This document shows, in pieces, positions 28,454-37,991 of a stretch of DNA of 64,000 nt. The stretch lies in the sequence record PP236086.1; one strand, written 5' to 3'. The notes beneath the pieces are model-generated. The model did not search any database. It saw nothing but the letters and a program-made list of their open reading frames with translations, and was not told where the DNA came from. Both the position numbers and the translations under genes were made by a program. This DNA is from Enterobacter phage ZX14. Numbering within the stretch: the stretch's first letter is position 1; each line of letters opens with the position of its first letter.

Positions 28454-28581
28454 AGTTTAAAGATTACAAAGTAAAGAATTAAAAGACCCATCAGCCCAGA
28501 TGAAATTGCTGTTGCTGGAAGGACACTTGTAAAGAACAATATAGTTAAGACTGTCCAAACACAACATAAAAATGCTTTCAT
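28450..28581 (-). CDS. small membrane protein (43 aa)
   Basis: MKAFLCCVWTVLTILFFTSVLPATAISSGLMGLLILYFVIFKL. TAATG coupling to the upstream ORF. Confidence 0.4.
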   Translation of the reverse strand: MKAFLCCVWTVLTILFFTSVLPATAISSGLMGLLILYFVIFKL

Positions 28582-28739
28582 TAATTATTAGCCTCACGAA
28601 TAAGAGCAAAAATGCATGAAATAATCCAAACAACAAACATAAAACCAATAAATGTTGCTGATGGGATCCATGCTCCCGTAAAATAACATACTGCACAAAC
28701 AATGGCGACAATTAATTCAATAAAAGCGATAAGAACCAT
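28581..28739 (-). CDS. small membrane protein (52 aa), Ac-like size and position
   Basis: MVLIAFIELIVAIVCAVCYFTGAWIPSATFIGFMFVVWIISCIFALIREANN. TAATG coupling. Confidence 0.4.
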   Translation of the reverse strand: MVLIAFIELIVAIVCAVCYFTGAWIPSATFIGFMFVVWIISCIFALIREANN

Positions 28740-28912
28740 TATTTAATCACCCCACATAAAATAGCCAGACGTTCTAAAGCCAGGATAGCAACACTATACG
28801 CCACTAGCCCAACAATACCTGATGTAAGCGGGGCACCTAAAAACAAGAAGGTGCCAACTACAAACATCATGCCTATCAGATAAAGATAGGCCATGCATCT
28901 TAAGGCGTCCAT
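28739..28912 (-). CDS. small membrane protein (57 aa)
   Basis: MDALRCMAYLYLIGMMFVVGTFLFLGAPLTSGIVGLVAYSVAILALERLAILCGVIK. Its ATG overlaps the ndd stop. Confidence 0.4.
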   Translation of the reverse strand: MDALRCMAYLYLIGMMFVVGTFLFLGAPLTSGIVGLVAYSVAILALERLAILCGVIK

Positions 28913-29373
28913 TAGTAGCTCTGCAGGATGAATTTGAAGTTATCATTCAGCATACGGTTCATTTCGCTGAAGTTCTGGTATTCATCTTTGTGTTTAGAAG
29001 TGAACATCAGAGACAGTTGGCCTTTACCGAAACCGGTGGTCAGAGGTTTCATTTTCTGAGGTGGAACAAAGTATACATCATACACATTGCCATTGGAAGA
29101 CAGTGTACGACCGAGCTGGCTACGACCCTGACGAATCTGAGACAGAACGTTAGCGAAACCAGACTTAGAACGTTGACGACCTACAAAGAAGCGAGCAGCA
29201 ACCTGACGCCATGGCAATGAACCCTTAACCATGAAATAGAAACCAGGTTCAGCCAGAGTTTCGTTATCGACATAACCAACGGTTTTGCCATTTTGGACAG
29301 CACACACAACAGTTGCACCAACAGCTTCGAGGTCAGCACGAGTCATATAGTTACGAACGTCTTGATGTGTCAT
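28912..29373 (-). CDS. ndd: nucleoid disruption protein Ndd
   Basis: 153 aa. …PGFYF…ARFFVGRQRSKSGFANVLSQIRQGRSQLGRT…MKPLTTGFGKGQL…EMNRMLNDNFKFILQSY matches T4 Ndd. Confidence 0.85.
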   Translation of the reverse strand: MTHQDVRNYMTRADLEAVGATVVCAVQNGKTVGYVDNETLAEPGFYFMVKGSLPWRQVAARFFVGRQRSKSGFANVLSQIRQGRSQLGRTLSSNGNVYDVYFVPPQKMKPLTTGFGKGQLSLMFTSKHKDEYQNFSEMNRMLNDNFKFILQSY

Positions 29374-29416
29374 ATTAATTTCCTCAGTAAGTTTAAATTA
29401 TTTCTCCAAGGAGGAC

Positions 29417-29446
29417 ATTATACTCTGTCCTCATGAGTTTGTAAAC
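29417..29446 (-). promoter_or_regulatory. early promoter for ndd (TATAAT -10)
   Basis: GTTTACAAACTCATGAGGACAGAGTATAAT. Confidence 0.55.
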
Positions 29447-29571
29447 TATTTCTTTTTCATCAGGCATTCAACATGGGCATAGTTCAGGTCATCAAGAGTA
29501 ATAATATCCTGCAACAGACGATTAATTTGCTTACCACACTCATAACAGGTAAAAATTCGTTTGACAGTCAT
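29446..29571 (-). CDS. small Cys/His protein (41 aa)
   Basis: MTVKRIFTCYECGKQ…HVECLMKKK. Confidence 0.3.
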   Translation of the reverse strand: MTVKRIFTCYECGKQINRLLQDIITLDDLNYAHVECLMKKK

Positions 29572-29691
29572 TTAGCCACCAATGATTCCAATATGAATTG
29601 AGTTGATGCCAAGCCAGTATGCCATGTTAAAACCTACATAAAATGATACTGCCCACAGAAAGCCACCGAACAGATATTTCAAGAAATCCAT
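29572..29691 (-). CDS. small membrane protein (39 aa)
   Basis: MDFLKYLFGGFLWAVSFYVGFNMAYWLGINSIHIGIIGG. Adjacent to the previous ORF. Confidence 0.3.
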   Translation of the reverse strand: MDFLKYLFGGFLWAVSFYVGFNMAYWLGINSIHIGIIGG

Positions 29692-29701
29692 AATATTTTC
29701 C

Positions 29702-29818
29702 TCAGAAGAAGTAGGCAAAGTGAACACGAATCACATCAATCATCAGAACAACCGGGAAGATTGCTAAAACCATTGCAATCACAAACATGTTCCAGATAGC
29801 TTTCAGTAATTTTTTCAT
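29702..29818 (-). CDS. small membrane protein (38 aa)
   Basis: Strong GGAGGTGA Shine-Dalgarno. MKKLLKAIWNMFVIAMVLAIFPVVLMIDVIRVHFAYFF. Confidence 0.4.
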   Translation of the reverse strand: MKKLLKAIWNMFVIAMVLAIFPVVLMIDVIRVHFAYFF

Positions 29819-29930
29819 ATTCACCTCCATTTATTCAGTACAGACATCATATCATGATGCGTAATGGATGTAAACACTCATTAGTATACAAACCAATGGA
29901 ATACTAAGAAACCATATAAAGCACCAGAAC

Positions 29931-30140
29931 TTACTCAAAGCCTGCACTCCCAACAACTAAAGAAGTTTTGTTATCGAAGATTTTGCAAGAACCATTACGA
30001 TACAATGCAGCCAACTCTTTAGCAGTTTCTTGTGCTTGCCACGGGAACATAAATTCTTCCCAGTCTTTGAAACGTGGTTCGCCATTTTCAAGTTCGAACC
30101 AAACCATAATAGTTACTTTAATCATTATAGTACTCCTCAT
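29931..30140 (-). CDS. hypothetical protein
   Basis: 69-aa ORF with its own early promoter at 30157-30186. Confidence 0.4.
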   Translation of the reverse strand: MRSTIMIKVTIMVWFELENGEPRFKDWEEFMFPWQAQETAKELAALYRNGSCKIFDNKTSLVVGSAGFE

Positions 30141-30156
30141 TTGTTTGTATAGGAGT

Positions 30157-30186
30157 ACTATATCATGTTAGATTTGTTGTGTAAAC
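30157..30186 (-). promoter_or_regulatory. early promoter
   Basis: GTTTACACAACAAATCTAACATGATATAGT. Confidence 0.5.
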
Positions 30187-30782
30187 TGGTGGAAGTTATA
30201 ATCTTCCATGTCATAAGGACGGGATGACAGGTAGTACCCGTCATTGAAGTTAGAACGAATCACTAATCCTGATTCTTTTGCAAAGGCATCACGGCCTGCA
30301 AGGAACTTAGGAGTGAACAGGACGGCGCCTGTTTCATCTTGTTTAGTATCGAATATGATTATTAAGTCTGCAAGCTTGTGCCCAAGGAATGGACCTAGGT
30401 TGATTCCTGGTGATTTAGCCGGATAATCACCTGACATACCGGTGTTCACAGTAATGTACTTGGATTTAGTCTGATGTGTTTTGACTTCAATCCTGACACC
30501 ATCTTTAGCAACCACATCGTAAGCAAATGACCATGGGTTATCATGATTCTCACGACCTGTAGGCATGAAGCCATGAACTGCTTTAGCTACAATCTGTTCA
30601 GCCATCATTGCTACTAGACAGCGACGTAAAACATCTTGACTGTTTTGGTTAGGGTCTTGTTCTAAAGAATAGCGAGCGGTATCATGAGCCTTTTCTTTAG
30701 CAAGATTAGTCATATGACGAGTAGACATTATTGTAGGATTAAGGCGCTGCAAAAGCGCCCAAGTATCACTGTTCCGAATCAT
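30168..30782 (-). CDS. hypothetical protein at the denB position (possible endonuclease IV-like)
   Basis: 204-aa ORF between ndd and rIIB, where T4 has denB. Assignment is by synteny only. I cannot verify the sequence match. Confidence 0.35.
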   Translation of the reverse strand: MIRNSDTWALLQRLNPTIMSTRHMTNLAKEKAHDTARYSLEQDPNQNSQDVLRRCLVAMMAEQIVAKAVHGFMPTGRENHDNPWSFAYDVVAKDGVRIEVKTHQTKSKYITVNTGMSGDYPAKSPGINLGPFLGHKLADLIIIFDTKQDETGAVLFTPKFLAGRDAFAKESGLVIRSNFNDGYYLSSRPYDMEDYNFHQFTQQI

Positions 30783-31056
30783 TTTCGACCTTAGGTGGAT
30801 TTAACCCCTGTGAATGAGAGCCATTGATGTATACATCTTCGATATAAAGGATTCCGTCATAACAACGATCATCAAAATTCAAATCTTCTTTATTGATTTT
30901 GTCCCAATCTACATCAATAAAAATATCATTTGCATATAATGTTCCGGCACCGTGTTTAATGACTATATCTTTACAATACACGTTATGCGCTTCATGTTTT
31001 CCATGAAGAGTCGTATGTTTGATGCCTGGGACTCTATCATTCATAGGGTTAATCAT
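30766..31056 (-). CDS. hypothetical protein
   Basis: Start taken at MINPMNDR, with a GAGGTAAATATG Shine-Dalgarno. Confidence 0.4.
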   Translation of the reverse strand: MINPMNDRVPGIKHTTLHGKHEAHNVYCKDIVIKHGAGTLYANDIFIDVDWDKINKEDLNFDDRCYDGILYIEDVYINGSHSQGLNPPKVENDSEQ

Positions 31057-31063
31057 ATTTACC

Positions 31064-31255
31064 TCAGAATCGTGCGATACGTTTTTCAAGAATGTGTTGG
31101 TATGCACTCATTGTATCAAGCTGTCGGAGAAGCAATTCACGGTCTACTTCATCAAGAGATTTGAAAACAGCACCTACGGTGAACGAACGAAGAGCATTAA
31201 TTTTCAAGGTCAGTTCAGAATGTTCGTCAATAACACGAGATTGGAAACCAGTCAT
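31064..31255 (-). CDS. hypothetical protein
   Basis: 63-aa ORF with an AAGGA Shine-Dalgarno, downstream of the rIIB hairpin. Confidence 0.4.
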   Translation of the reverse strand: MTGFQSRVIDEHSELTLKINALRSFTVGAVFKSLDEVDRELLLRQLDTMSAYQHILEKRIARF

Positions 31256-31291
31256 TTTAAGTCCTTAATAGGGGCCGAAGCCCCATTCAAA

Positions 31292-32320
31292 TTAGTAAGA
31301 ATAGCCATGAATTTCAGAAGTGAATTTCTCGGTAACATCTTCGAGAACTTCATACTGACAAGTACGCATTTTAGCATCGCCGTAATCAACCGGAATACTT
31401 ACTACATCACGTGGATGAACCTTAACTGATACGACACGAGAAGTACTGCAGCTAAAGTGTTTGATGTATGACTTAGAGCAAACATGCAGACCATTTGAAC
31501 AAGTTACTTCATCGTTATCGTTCACACGAGTACGAGGCATTTTAACTGTCTGACCCGGGCTGTTATCGAAAGTACCAGAGTGGTGGTCTTTATAGTCAGA
31601 ACGAACAACTTTCCAACCAATGAAATGGCCATCTTCAGTAAGCTCGATATCGTTAGCAACCAAGAAGTCGAATAGGCGGCTTACAGCTTTAGGGCTTGGG
31701 TTTTCCAACAGATTTTCCAGGAATGGCAGATAGAACTCAAAGTTCTCGCCTTTATTCATGGAATCAAGGATACGGTCAACCAGGCCTGAACGCAGTTCGA
31801 TGTCCTGATAATACAGGGTACCATCAGCAATACGAACATCACCTTTAACGAACTCTTTAACAGCACGTTCGATGTTAATGGTGTCACGAGCCTTACGAAC
31901 CAGTTCTTGTTCTTCAGCGTAAGATTTACCTACGGACTGGCTCAAGAAGGCGAAAGCAGCAGCAAAACCAGGGTGGTCTTTATCTGCGTTCCAAGTTTCA
32001 CGACCCTGAGTAATAGAGATGAACTTAGAGTTTGCGTTCCAGATGAAAGAAGGTTCTGGCGCTTTAGAAATAGGAGCGATAGTAATATTCACATCACCTG
32101 TGATTTGAATTGAACCATCACTTTTAGCAATGAAACGACCACGAGAATCGCGAGCAGGGCCTTTAGAAGCAGGAGCACCTTTAGCGGCTTTAATTACACG
32201 ATAAATGGTATCGCGAGACACGCCATAATCATCAGCCAATTCTTGCTGAGTTTTCAGTTTAGCTTTATAAGTTTGAACAATAGACAGCTTTTGATTTGCA
32301 TTTAAACATTTAACAGTCAT
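31292..32320 (-). CDS. rIIB: rIIB membrane-associated protein
   Basis: 342 aa. …YYQDIELRSGLVDRILDSMNKGENFEFYLPFLENLLENPSPKAVSRLFDFLVANDIELTEDG…MPRTRVNDNDEVTCSNGLHVCSKSYI…MRTCQYEV is near-identical to T4 rIIB. Confidence 0.95.
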   Translation of the reverse strand: MTVKCLNANQKLSIVQTYKAKLKTQQELADDYGVSRDTIYRVIKAAKGAPASKGPARDSRGRFIAKSDGSIQITGDVNITIAPISKAPEPSFIWNANSKFISITQGRETWNADKDHPGFAAAFAFLSQSVGKSYAEEQELVRKARDTINIERAVKEFVKGDVRIADGTLYYQDIELRSGLVDRILDSMNKGENFEFYLPFLENLLENPSPKAVSRLFDFLVANDIELTEDGHFIGWKVVRSDYKDHHSGTFDNSPGQTVKMPRTRVNDNDEVTCSNGLHVCSKSYIKHFSCSTSRVVSVKVHPRDVVSIPVDYGDAKMRTCQYEVLEDVTEKFTSEIHGYSY

Positions 32321-32346
32321 TTACAGTTTCTCTTTTTAAAGGGCGA

Positions 32347-34530
32347 TTACTCACCCATGATTTTTACAATTTCAGCTACAGCATTGCCTTCCATATTATA
32401 TCGATTACGCATATATTCGGAGACAACGATATTTTCGCCTTCAAACTTTTTGATACGGTCAGCAGCACGTTTGTCGGCATATTCATTTAACTTACGTACG
32501 ATATGCAACCCATTATAAACTTGGTCTTTATGGAGTGGATTCGTGTAAGCAATAATGTTTACTGGGTTCAACCAAGACCTTAATGCAAACAGATTTTTAG
32601 CTTCTTTAGAAGTTTTACCAGATTCAGTGAGATACTTCATCAAGAAACTGAGTTCAGGATATTTCTCAATATGTCTGGTGTAATTATAAGCTCGTCCACT
32701 TGTAGCAGTATAGTAGTCATAATCAACTTCATCAACCAGCTCTACAAATTTATCACTGATTGCAATCAGCATATCTTGACATTGGTCTAACTTAATAATT
32801 TTCTTCTGGAGCTGTGGGCGAACAATATGGAACTCTGTGATACCTAATACATCTGCGCACTGGCAAATACCACCAAAGTTGTTCCATACACCATACTCAG
32901 GTTCCATTGATACATAGTTATGGCCATTCTTAAACACTACCCAACCTTCGATATCTTCGGCATCAGCAGCATTGTAGAACAATTCTTCTTCAGCCCATGA
33001 ACCTTCTTTAGTTTTGTACCAACGAACTGCACTTGGTGCTTTTGGCTTAGGCTGATATTCACGCTGAACAACCACTACGTAATCTTCTACAGCAGCAAAG
33101 AATTCAGACGTGTATTTGATAGTTACTGGGTCTTCACCCATTTGAATCAATACGTCAGGTAGAGTGTTCATTTCCAGTTCTGATTCCGGATTCACAAACA
33201 GAATTTCTTCACCACCGTCCGGCAGCCATGGATTCTCTTCAAGAATTTTCTTGGCCTTTTCATCTTTAGACCAACGAATTGCAGCCAGAGCACGAACTGC
33301 AGGCAAACGTTGTTTCTTGCAGTCATCAATGATAATAGTCAAAGATTTACGTTGGGTGCCAAACATATAATTAACACCAATACCACCTCGACCGCCATTA
33401 GACTTCAGACGTTTCATTTTAGGGTCCGAACATACTTCATATACAACACCTGCATCAATGAAACGACTCTTAACATCATACTTAGCATAAAGCTGATTAT
33501 ACGTTCTGCCATTACAAAGTTTCTGATGGGTGTTTTGAAGCATACGGTTTGCATTATAGCCTAGACCACCTACTTCACGAATAACCTTACGTTCGTGGGT
33601 ACTTTCACGCCATTCTTTCAGGTCTTCTTCCATCACGCGTTTATCAAGATTAATAACACGAGATTTGATGTTTGCGATAGTCTGTTCATCAAGTGACAGT
33701 TCTTCACGTGACGCTGCGATATCCAGTTCGCCTAATGGGAACTTAATGAATACGACATCATTACGAGCGCCAACCCAAGTTTCACCAAGACCAGGAACAT
33801 CATTCAATGGATAAACTATAGAACCGTATACAGCAAATAGACCAGAACGTTCTTCATAAGTATAGTCGGTGTCTGGAATTGCATAGTACTCGTCGAATTC
33901 TGGGAAGAAACGTGGCTCAAGTTTAGAACCAACCAGATTTACTTTTGATTCGCCAAATGGGCGAACAACATATTTGATTTCATCTTTCCAACGCTGGATA
34001 TCTGCCGTTTTAACCGGGACCGTAATTTCCAGACCAGTTTTGTCATCTTCTTTCATATCTTCTTCGAACAGAAGACGAATAACAGGTTCGCCATTATCAA
34101 GCATTGCCGTGTAGCCGTACACTTTACCTTCATGATAAGAAACAACGGTAAACGTATCTGTGTAGCTAAATGGAGATTTAGAACCAAGGCCTAATGCACC
34201 GATGAAGTCATTAGAGTTGTTCTTAGTTGATGCAAAGTAAGTCGTGTACAGGTTTTCCAGACCATCTTTAGACAGACCTGGACCGAAGTCACGAATAATG
34301 AAACGTGGGTCCATCTGACCCGGTACGTTAATCTGGAATGCACCTTCAAAGCCATTCAACTTATGGGCGTCAAGACAGTTACATGCCAGCTCGCGAACGA
34401 TTGCACGAATCTTGTTTTTGTAAAGACCAGAAGAAAGGATTTTAAATGCCTTTGCACTTGTGGTGATTTTAAACTTGGTGTTTGCACCCTTACTGCCTAA
34501 TACTACTTCATCATCGCCTTGGATAATCAT
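32347..34530 (-). CDS. rIIA: rIIA protein (GHKL ATPase-like N-terminus)
   Basis: 727 aa with an N-terminal HATPase_c-like motif (IRAIVRELACNCLDAH, DFGPG). Size and position match T4 rIIA at 725 aa. Confidence 0.9.
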   Translation of the reverse strand: MIIQGDDEVVLGSKGANTKFKITTSAKAFKILSSGLYKNKIRAIVRELACNCLDAHKLNGFEGAFQINVPGQMDPRFIIRDFGPGLSKDGLENLYTTYFASTKNNSNDFIGALGLGSKSPFSYTDTFTVVSYHEGKVYGYTAMLDNGEPVIRLLFEEDMKEDDKTGLEITVPVKTADIQRWKDEIKYVVRPFGESKVNLVGSKLEPRFFPEFDEYYAIPDTDYTYEERSGLFAVYGSIVYPLNDVPGLGETWVGARNDVVFIKFPLGELDIAASREELSLDEQTIANIKSRVINLDKRVMEEDLKEWRESTHERKVIREVGGLGYNANRMLQNTHQKLCNGRTYNQLYAKYDVKSRFIDAGVVYEVCSDPKMKRLKSNGGRGGIGVNYMFGTQRKSLTIIIDDCKKQRLPAVRALAAIRWSKDEKAKKILEENPWLPDGGEEILFVNPESELEMNTLPDVLIQMGEDPVTIKYTSEFFAAVEDYVVVVQREYQPKPKAPSAVRWYKTKEGSWAEEELFYNAADAEDIEGWVVFKNGHNYVSMEPEYGVWNNFGGICQCADVLGITEFHIVRPQLQKKIIKLDQCQDMLIAISDKFVELVDEVDYDYYTATSGRAYNYTRHIEKYPELSFLMKYLTESGKTSKEAKNLFALRSWLNPVNIIAYTNPLHKDQVYNGLHIVRKLNEYADKRAADRIKKFEGENIVVSEYMRNRYNMEGNAVAEIVKIMGE

Positions 34531-34542
34531 ATTAATTTAGTC

Positions 34543-34746
34543 TCATTCACAATGTTTTTTGATAAGTTCTGCTACTTGAAGAAGTTCATCTTTAGTAGCG
34601 GTGTTTTTAAGTATTTTATTACGAATTTCTTTGAAGCATAACTTAAACTCAATGGCCAAGTCGATATCAAAGAAACGTTCTAGAATTCTATATTCACGGA
34701 AAACAGCGTCATCAAATAATTCCAGATTGACATTATAACTTCGCAT
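34543..34746 (-). CDS. hypothetical protein
   Basis: Start taken at MRSYNV with a GAGGT Shine-Dalgarno. rIIA.1 position. Confidence 0.35.
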   Translation of the reverse strand: MRSYNVNLELFDDAVFREYRILERFFDIDLAIEFKLCFKEIRNKILKNTATKDELLQVAELIKKHCE

Positions 34747-35050
34747 TTGGTAATACCTCATGTTGCTTATACTCAAGAGTAGAACCAATTTCACGAAGTA
34801 TCTTACGCATGTTACCCATGGAAGCTTTGTGAGTTTGGTCATGATAAATCAAGTTCAGAACGCTCTCCTGTTGTTCAGGAGTGAGCGCCTGGTTGTTTTT
34901 AATTTGAACGGCAATAGATTTAACAGCCTGAGCATACGCGCGCTTCCTGTCGGCGTCGTGCGTGCTATTCTTGGCCTTACGTATTCCAGCCTCCATCACT
35001 ACCAAAGCAAGGTTATCTAAATTAACCATGCTATTGTCAGACATAACCAT
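34733..35050 (-). CDS. hypothetical protein
   Basis: 105-aa ORF. Confidence 0.4.
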   Translation of the reverse strand: MVMSDNSMVNLDNLALVVMEAGIRKAKNSTHDADRKRAYAQAVKSIAVQIKNNQALTPEQQESVLNLIYHDQTHKASMGNMRKILREIGSTLEYKQHEVLPNAKL

Positions 35051-35107
35051 AAACCGTTCCTATACAAAAATGGGATGTAGCTATTACACCACATCCCTTA
35101 GAAAGCA

Positions 35108-35284
35108 TTAATGGCTTAATGGACCCCATCCGCCTTCAATTTTATAAGCTTGCCCACGAACTTTAGTTAATGAACCATCCGGGTTTTCTACTGAAATAGT
35201 AACATATTGAGCAAAGAGAGGTTTCTCTTCAGCCCAAAGATAACCAAATTCACCAGTAGCTAAAGTAATCCAATATTGTTTCAT
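35108..35284 (-). CDS. small late protein (58 aa)
   Basis: MKQYWITLATGEF…GGWGPLSH. AAGGAG Shine-Dalgarno. TATAAATA late promoter 35 nt upstream. Confidence 0.4.
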   Translation of the reverse strand: MKQYWITLATGEFGYLWAEEKPLFAQYVTISVENPDGSLTKVRGQAYKIEGGWGPLSH

Positions 35285-35320
35285 ATGAGCTCCTTATTAC
35301 GAGGCAAAAATACCTCGTAT

Positions 35321-35328
35321 TATTTATA
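35321..35328 (-). promoter_or_regulatory. late promoter TATAAATA (minus strand)
   Basis: Minus-strand TATAAATA upstream of the 58-aa ORF. Confidence 0.45.
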
Positions 35329-35336
35329 ACAGAACT

Positions 35337-37178
35337 TTAACTCATCCAAACTTTACGTGGAGCCGGGTCTTTACCTAACAACATCTCGAATTGTTCTTTC
35401 CAATCATCCGGAAGTTGAACAACATCATACTTAGGATTCATAATCATCTGCTTATATTCAGATTTCTGAAGTGAACCAAGTCCTTTGATGTATCGAATAG
35501 AATGTTTAGGTAATTTGTCTTTAGCCGCTTCATATTCAGGTAGATCATAGAACCATTTTTGTTCTTTACCAATCTGAGCAATGATAACAGGAGTTTTAAC
35601 AAATCGTACTCGACCTTCTTTATAAAGCTGTGGCCATTGGGTAAAGAATGCAAGCAGTGATGGATAAATTGAACCGGTTCCATCGACATCAGCATCAGTC
35701 ATGATAGCAATATTGCGATAACCCATCGAGCTGATATCTTCATCACCAATCGTCAGACCTGTGATAGCACAGATATCAAAAGCTTCTTTGTTCTTCATGA
35801 TATCAACACCAGACATACCCCATGTGTTCATGAACTTACCACGTAATGGATAACCACCATGCAGTTCACGGTCACGGACTTCAATCAGATAGCCAATTGC
35901 TGAATCGCCTTCCGTCAAGAACAATGTTGTGTCAGCATCTTTACCATAAAGGTTTGCTTTAATATGCTTTTGAACTTTTGCTTTAGCAGCTTTCTTATTG
36001 GCTTTAGTTTCAGCAGCCTTTTCGGCGGCTAATTTACGAGCCAATGCAGCTTCAACGATAGGCATAATAAGGCCTTCGTCTTTCAAAATAGCATTAGCAA
36101 TTTTCTTAGCATCAATTTGAATATGAGCACGAATTTCACCGAACGGCGAAGTCAGACGTTCTTTAGTCTGAGAATCGAAACGCATGTTGCTCATATCACG
36201 AATGAACATCAGCATCGTCATACATTCTTTAACACGTGCTTTACTTACTTCGATGCCTTTATATTTCTTCTTAATACCTGGCAGAAGATGTTCACAGATA
36301 TCATCGAAAACACATTCAACATGATGACCGCCGTTTTTAGTATGAATGTTGTTCACATAAGTCAGATGACGGAAACCATCAGGGCTAGTAGCAAAAGACA
36401 TCGATACTTTATCTGTCTCTTGAATTACAACATTTTCACCAAACTGTTTAGCAAACTTCTTAAAGTTGCCATCTACTTTCTTACCACAGAAGGTGAATTG
36501 AATATCAGGGAAAACTACTGCCAGAGTTTGAAGGCGGTCTAAAGTAATATCACGGTAAACTTCACTGAAGCCGTTTGTTTCAAAATGGCTGAAATCTGGA
36601 ATGAAAGAAACAATTGTACCAGTCTTAGCTTTAACAAATTCTTTCTTAGAAGCCGGAACAATATCCCAACTTTTATTTTCCATACCATTAGAGCAACGTA
36701 CTACAATCTCATTCTTACCATCACAGGTGGCGCCTGCGAACGTTACTGAGAAGATATTAGTTAAACTACTGCCAACACCGTTCATGCCACCTGTCTTACG
36801 TTCAGCGTCATCGCCAAAGTTACCGCCAGCTTTTGGAATAGTCCATGCTGCTACAGGACCTGGAAGTTCAGCACCGGTTTGGTCGACAACCATCGCTTGA
36901 GGAATGCCACGCCCGTTGTCTTCGACGATAACTTTATTGCCTTTAAAATCTACATCTATTTTGTTTGCAAATTTAAAATTGGTACGAATGGCTTCATCGA
37001 CAGAGTTATCAATAATTTCATCAATTAGTTTTACCAACCCTGGGACATAAGTTACTGATTGGAATTTACCAAATAGAAAACGCTCGTGCGCTTCATTTGC
37101 ACTAGAGCCGATGTACATCCCACTACGCTTTTTAATATGTTCAACGTCAGACAATACTTTAATTTCGTTCTTAATCAT
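35337..37178 (-). CDS. 39: DNA topoisomerase II large subunit (GyrB-like), contiguous 39+60 form
   Basis: 613 aa with an N-terminal GHKL ATPase (…IDNSVDEA…EDNGRGIP…) and a C-terminal TOPRIM. No gene 60 split, no mobA. Confidence 0.9.
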   Translation of the reverse strand: MIKNEIKVLSDVEHIKKRSGMYIGSSANEAHERFLFGKFQSVTYVPGLVKLIDEIIDNSVDEAIRTNFKFANKIDVDFKGNKVIVEDNGRGIPQAMVVDQTGAELPGPVAAWTIPKAGGNFGDDAERKTGGMNGVGSSLTNIFSVTFAGATCDGKNEIVVRCSNGMENKSWDIVPASKKEFVKAKTGTIVSFIPDFSHFETNGFSEVYRDITLDRLQTLAVVFPDIQFTFCGKKVDGNFKKFAKQFGENVVIQETDKVSMSFATSPDGFRHLTYVNNIHTKNGGHHVECVFDDICEHLLPGIKKKYKGIEVSKARVKECMTMLMFIRDMSNMRFDSQTKERLTSPFGEIRAHIQIDAKKIANAILKDEGLIMPIVEAALARKLAAEKAAETKANKKAAKAKVQKHIKANLYGKDADTTLFLTEGDSAIGYLIEVRDRELHGGYPLRGKFMNTWGMSGVDIMKNKEAFDICAITGLTIGDEDISSMGYRNIAIMTDADVDGTGSIYPSLLAFFTQWPQLYKEGRVRFVKTPVIIAQIGKEQKWFYDLPEYEAAKDKLPKHSIRYIKGLGSLQKSEYKQMIMNPKYDVVQLPDDWKEQFEMLLGKDPAPRKVWMS

Positions 37179-37238
37179 TTCATTTCCTCATGTAGTAGGA
37201 GAATAATATCCCATCTCATTAAAAGCAGAAAAGGAGCA

Positions 37239-37460
37239 CTAGGCTCCCTTACATTTTTTGCATCGTGAATCATGCCATTGTGCAGCAGACATCCCAGAAG
37301 CTAGATAAGCACGGAATTCTTTCTTCGCTTCACGTTTTTGCTTATCTGTCATTGGAACCGGTCGATAATACGAAGATGCTTTACCACTTACTTTCATAGT
37401 GAAAATAAATGCTGCACTTCCGTTATATGGATGTTTACCATATGATTCATCAATTTTCAT
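37239..37460 (-). CDS. hypothetical protein
   Basis: 73-aa basic protein ending in CKKCKGA. Confidence 0.4.
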   Translation of the reverse strand: MKIDESYGKHPYNGSAAFIFTMKVSGKASSYYRPVPMTDKQKREAKKEFRAYLASGMSAAQWHDSRCKKCKGA

Positions 37461-37723
37461 TATTCGAACCTGATAGTAGAGTTCTTAAAGAACATACCAG
37501 AGCAAACAGCACCTTTAACAGGAATGCCTGTAGGGCCTTTAGCTGTGAAACCTGTAGAGAAAGTATCTTTATCAGAACAACTCAACCAAGCGTAGCCGGT
37601 AAACTGAATTTCAGTAAAGCCATTTGCTTTGAGAATTCGTTCGGCCCCAACTTCGTCAGTGCATCCTGTCAGAATACCGATAGACAGAACAGCAGCAATC
37701 AAACCCATTACAAATACTTTCAT
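37460..37723 (-). CDS. putative lipoprotein
   Basis: Signal peptide plus lipobox (…GILTGC). 87 aa. Confidence 0.55.
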   Translation of the reverse strand: MKVFVMGLIAAVLSIGILTGCTDEVGAERILKANGFTEIQFTGYAWLSCSDKDTFSTGFTAKGPTGIPVKGAVCSGMFFKNSTIRFE

Positions 37724-37814
37724 TTTTTAGTTACCTTAATAATTTTACCGCTGTGTAGTTTAATAACCCGGCTTTCGCCGGATTTCATAAAACGAATACG
37801 TGGACGGGTACCCA

Positions 37815-37991
37815 TTAGTAATCACCACTTTTGAGACCATCATAATGAACCGCAGGAGCAGAAACGATACGCTTCATTTGCCCTTCACAATTCAAGAACT
37901 TACATTCGTGTGGATTGTCGCGCTCAGAAATCTTAACATTCTTTTCTGATTTTTCACCACATGCTTCACATTGATAATCATACAGAGGCAT
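37815..37991 (-). CDS. FmdB-type zinc-ribbon protein (58 aa)
   Basis: MPLYDYQCEACGEK…HECKFLNCEG. CxxC…CxxC of the FmdB family. Confidence 0.45.
   Translation of the reverse strand: MPLYDYQCEACGEKSEKNVKISERDNPHECKFLNCEGQMKRIVSAPAVHYDGLKSGDY

Noticed and set aside
28457-28711. 84-aa six-frame ORF between ndd and gene 52
   Set aside because: It overlaps two chained small membrane ORFs (28450-28581, 28581-28739) that show ATGA/TAATG coupling with their neighbours and Shine-Dalgarno-like contexts. The longer ORF has no obvious ribosome-binding site. It is kept as an alternative, not as a primary call.
30168-30782. Naming the 204-aa ORF denB outright
   Set aside because: Synteny fits, but I could not confirm sequence similarity to T4 endonuclease IV from memory. 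The symbol is left empty.
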